DNA of 64,000 nt, taken from contig NC_068991.1 of NCBI RefSeq assembly GCF_001194135.2, positions 65,502,894 to 65,566,893 of the forward strand, read 5' to 3'. This DNA is from Octopus bimaculoides (taxonomy: Eukaryota). Every line of letters starts with the position of its first letter. Within the stretch, counting starts at the first letter, position 1. The notes under the pieces are model-generated. The model worked only from the letters and a program-made list of their open reading frames with translations, did not search any database and was not told the origin of the DNA. Below are positions 60,330-64,000 of this stretch, piece by piece. The translations under genes were made by a program, and so were the position numbers.

Positions 60330-62350
60330 AAGAGCTAGCTATAAAGAGAAATCGATTAGAGGGAGATCTAGTCAGAAAACTAGAGAGGTTGATAAATAAA
60401 GGCATCGTGACCAACGTGCTAGCGACGAGAATGACCCTCGACCATTTCCTCCAGGCGAAACACGAAGACTGCATTGTCAGAGCAAGAACTCATGTGCTGA
60501 AACACAAGAGAACAAAACTTGTTCGATGAGCCCGAGTAACGGAGACACGGCGGAACAATAAAACTACAATCTGGTCTTTGGTGGATCAAGACAGTCACTC
60601 GCTTACTTGATTTCAAAGTAGAAGTGTGTGGCTTTCGTTCGCTTGTTTGAAGAAAGCGATAGATTAGACACGGAAATGTTCACATCGATAACCTCCTGAA
60701 ACTCACGACAAAAGCAAAGTGTGCAGAAAGCCGATAACAGCAAGTGAAATAAAGGAGTGGATGAGCAGTTGCATGAAGTGCAAGTTATTTGCTTTCGATG
60801 GTCTGTCCTACGAACTTTACAAACTCACGCTAGACTTGTTTAGCGACTTCTTGGCGGACATTTCCCCCAACTGGCAGCAGAACGGGACAATTTCCAGTTC
60901 TGTAAATCAGAGAGTAGTAACACTGTTGAGAAATAACACCAACAAGAAGGACGTCGTAGATAACTTTTAGTCCATAACTTTTTAACGCAGATGCGCTGAC
61001 GATTCTGTCAAGGTGGTAGTGAAGAGGTTGGTGTTTGTCGTCAATGGTTTGATCAATCATTCGGGTGATCTTAAAGCTCTGTACTTAGAGAAGCAAGTCG
61101 ATACTGTCAAACGGTATCGTGGGGTTCTGGACCGATGAAATCAGTTAAAATACTCGGGGTCCTTCAAGTGGACTGCAATTGGAACGATATAACGAACAGG
61201 GTGGCTCGCCTTTCTCAGAAATAGTCCGAAAGGAAGTTATCCCTGAAAGGTTGAGCAGAGATTGCGAACGCCTATATCACTTCCATTAACATTTACCACT
61301 TAACCGTCATGCCTTACTGCAATTACCATTTGACTAGACTGGATCGTCTTCTCTTCGGTTTCTTGGGAAATGAACACATTTCAGTGGTCTGATGGTTCAT
61401 CTATTGCTAACACTTTCCATGTGGCGGGCTAAGCATGCCGTGACCGTTGGTGCGCAGAACACGCAGTCGGGAGCACCACGTGCAGATATTCCTAGGCGGT
61501 GAGTGGATGTAGTCACAAAAATTGAAACTTAGTGTCTGTCATATGAAATATCGTCGGACGCTCACTGCCTTTTCCCAGTCAAGCAATAGGATTGGTAGAA
61601 GTTCGAGTCTAGCAACCTTAGTGGGTTAGTGATGGAGAAGTGTCGTAATTCCACGTGATACTATGGACGTCGACGAAAACGAGGCAACTAGAGTGTTCCG
61701 AGGGACTTTCGAATCGGGGATTACTGTGGGTAACATTCCGAAATTCTTGGTCTGTAGTGATACCAAGGACGGGGGGGGGGATACCAGGGGGAGGGGGACA
61801 CTATCGGTCAAAGATAAACTCTACAGACACGGAACTGCCGTCAGACGGACATATCCGAGATGCGTGCTGAGTGATGAAGTCGTTCTGCATGCACTTGTCC
61901 AGTGTCCGAGCATTGCAGACTTGCAGAGTTATGTTGAACAACTGCTGTTTAACCTTCTGTGACTGAACAAAGAAACCAGTTTTCCTTTCTGGTGGTTACA
62001 GTGAAAGAGGTTGTATGAAGGGTGAGGCTGGAAGGCCAGAGGGCCGACACTTTCCTCTTTGGTCGAACTCATAGACTTTTTTTCAAGTCTTACTTAAAAA
62101 GGAAGATGAGAGTGAAGAAGGAAGTATTGTTCTTAATCAAATTTATTGAAAGATGGGTGGAACTTGCGAAAATAGTAAGAGTAGATGGAACCGTTCTCAG
62201 AAGATGCCAGTAGGTTGGAGAAGCCACTAACTCTTTGGTATTCAAAGAGATCTTGAATATATGGCGTCTTCCACCAGATCTAGATGGTCTTCGTGTATCA
62301 GGAAAACTGCATCATTATAGTTTATTATTTGTATATTATGTATTCTTATA
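60330..62350 (+). mobile_element. Tx1/L1-clade LINE, internally deleted and degenerate
   Basis: KPITASEIKE...FDGLSYELYK...VVTLLRNNTNKKDVVDNF (RT motifs 0-2), SERKLSLKG.AEIANAYI, YPRC...DEVVLHALVQCP (CCHC). No YADD seen; many stops. Confidence 0.82.
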
Positions 62351-62404
62351 TATTTTTTGCCTTTTTGTTTCCCCACTCATTCGATATTCTATATAAGCAT
62401 CACA

Positions 62405-63290
62405 CTTTGCTTAACGACATTTCGTCCGTCTTTACGTTCTGAGCCCAAATGCCGCCGAGGTCAGCTTTGTCTTTCATCCTTTCAGGGTCGATAAAATAAG
62501 TACCACTTGAGTATTGGGACCAGTGTAATCGTCTTACATCGTTCCCTGAAATTGCTGGCCTTGTGTCAACATTTGAAATCATTATTATTGTTATTAATGC
62601 GGCGAGCTGACGAAGACGTTCATACGCCGGGTAAAATGCTTAGCGGCATTTCGTTCGCCTTTACGATCTGAAACCAAATTCTGCCAAGGTCGACTTTGCC
62701 TTTCATTTTTTTTTAGGGTCGATAAAATAACTACGAGTTGAGCACTAAAGTCGATGTAATCGTCTTACCCCCAGCTCCGTAATTGCTGGCCTTGTGCCAA
62801 AATTTGAAACCATTTATTATTATGATTATTATTATTATTGCTAAGGTTGCGAGCTGGCAGTTTCGTTAGCAACCGAGCAAGGTGCTTAGCGGCATTTCGT
62901 CCGTCTTTACATTCTGAGTTCAAATTCTGCCGAGGTCGACTTTGCCTTTCATCATTTCGGGGTCGATAGAATAAGTACTAGTTGAACACTGGGGTCGATG
63001 TAATCGATTTATCCCCTCCCACAAAATTGCTGCCCTTGTGGCAAATTTTGAAACCATTATTATTATTGTTGTTGTTGTTCATGATGACCAGCAAGTAGAA
63101 TCGTTAGAGCGTTTGGAAAATGCTTTGCGGTATTTGTTCCGGCTCTTTGCATGCGGAGTTCAATCCCATCAAGATCAGCTTTGCCTTTCATCCTACTGAG
63201 GTCGATAAAATAATGCACCAGTCCAGTCGATGCTATCGACTTTCTTCTTTCCTCAAAATTGTTAGCCCTGTGCCTAAATTCAACCGACTA
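62405..63290 (+). mobile_element. Four head-to-tail SINE family D copies separated by (ATT)n tails
   Basis: Copies start at about 62405, 62595, 62841 and 63080. Each has the GTCGAC/GTCAGC-TTTG.CTTTCAT motif; the first three end in TTTGAAA.C-(ATT)n. Confidence 0.9.
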
Positions 63291-63879
63291 TTACAACGTA
63301 AACGTAGTTAATCAGAACATTTTTCATCACTGCTCTTAATCCAAGATAAAAAAAATATTGTAATTTGGTTCTGCAACTAGAAACGATGGTTATCTGTTCT
63401 CTCTGTTCTTACATTCGAACTTCAAATCTTCGTCGGCCTTTAATTCATTCAATTCTTTAGTAATTGCATTAGATTTCCTGATACTTGTCAATTTTTCTGA
63501 AACTCAATCCGGAATCGTCATAGAGATAAAGTTTTCAAATCGTTTGAAGAAATCTTTAAGTAACGTTTCCAAATGATGACAGTAAACCTAATGTAATTCT
63601 CATATAATTGTTTTTTCTTTCGGTGTAGAAAATCGCATAGGTTGATAGAATCTAATCGAATTCTCCACGTTTTAAGTTGCTTTGAACAGAATATGACTTG
63701 AAATTAATACGTATTGATATTATAAATTTGGATTTTTTTTTTTTTAGTTTCAAATTCATTTCATGAAACTTGAAATATAAATCTCACATATAAGTTATAT
63801 GACTGTTAAACCGAAGCTGTCTCACAAGTGTTTCTCGAAGAATTCCACGACAATCTCTAACCGTTTGTTTCTCTTGTGT

Positions 63880-64000
63880 GTTATGTTGGCACTCCGTCGC
63901 TTACGACGTCGGGGGTTCCAGTTGATCCGATCAACGGAACAGCCTGCTCGTGAAATCAAAGTGCAAGTGGCTGAGCACTCCACAGACATGTGTACCCTTA
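63880..64000 (-). mobile_element. SINE family B 3' part, running off the window
   Basis: GTTGGCACTCCGTCGCTTACGACGTCG...GTGGCTGAGCACTCCACAGAC. Confidence 0.9.

Overview
Eukaryotic, AT-rich, repeat-saturated genomic DNA with many N gaps, often flanked by (AT)n. The SINE repertoire looks like that of an octopus (coleoid cephalopod); this is inference from recalled repeat families, not from a search. Nearly all ORFs in the supplied track are microsatellite or N-gap artefacts. The only credible host coding segment is a minus-strand first coding exon at 52443-52649 (strong Kozak context, in-frame upstream stop, AAG|GTAAGC donor). It ends in QRWQILAK, which recalls the N-terminus of calmodulin-lysine N-methyltransferase (tentative). 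The rest is dead mobile DNA: RTE, R4/Dong, HERO and Tx1/L1-type non-LTR retrotransposon fragments, a Penelope-like RT fragment, a mariner remnant, a probable solo LTR, piggyBac-like and other MITEs, Helentron-type (HINE-like) elements, and at least five dispersed SINE-like families (labelled A-E here). The most unusual signals are three: (1) palindromic or tandem-plus-inverted modules carrying hammerhead-ribozyme-like cores (47.7 kb, 10.2 kb, 7.7-8.2 kb); (2) a cluster of inverted duplications at 47-49.8 kb; (3) an apparent switch from CpG-decayed to CpG-retaining repeats near the candidate first exon. No rRNA, true tRNA gene or CRISPR array is supported. Repeat boundaries were read by eye and are approximate unless a TSD or TIR is quoted.
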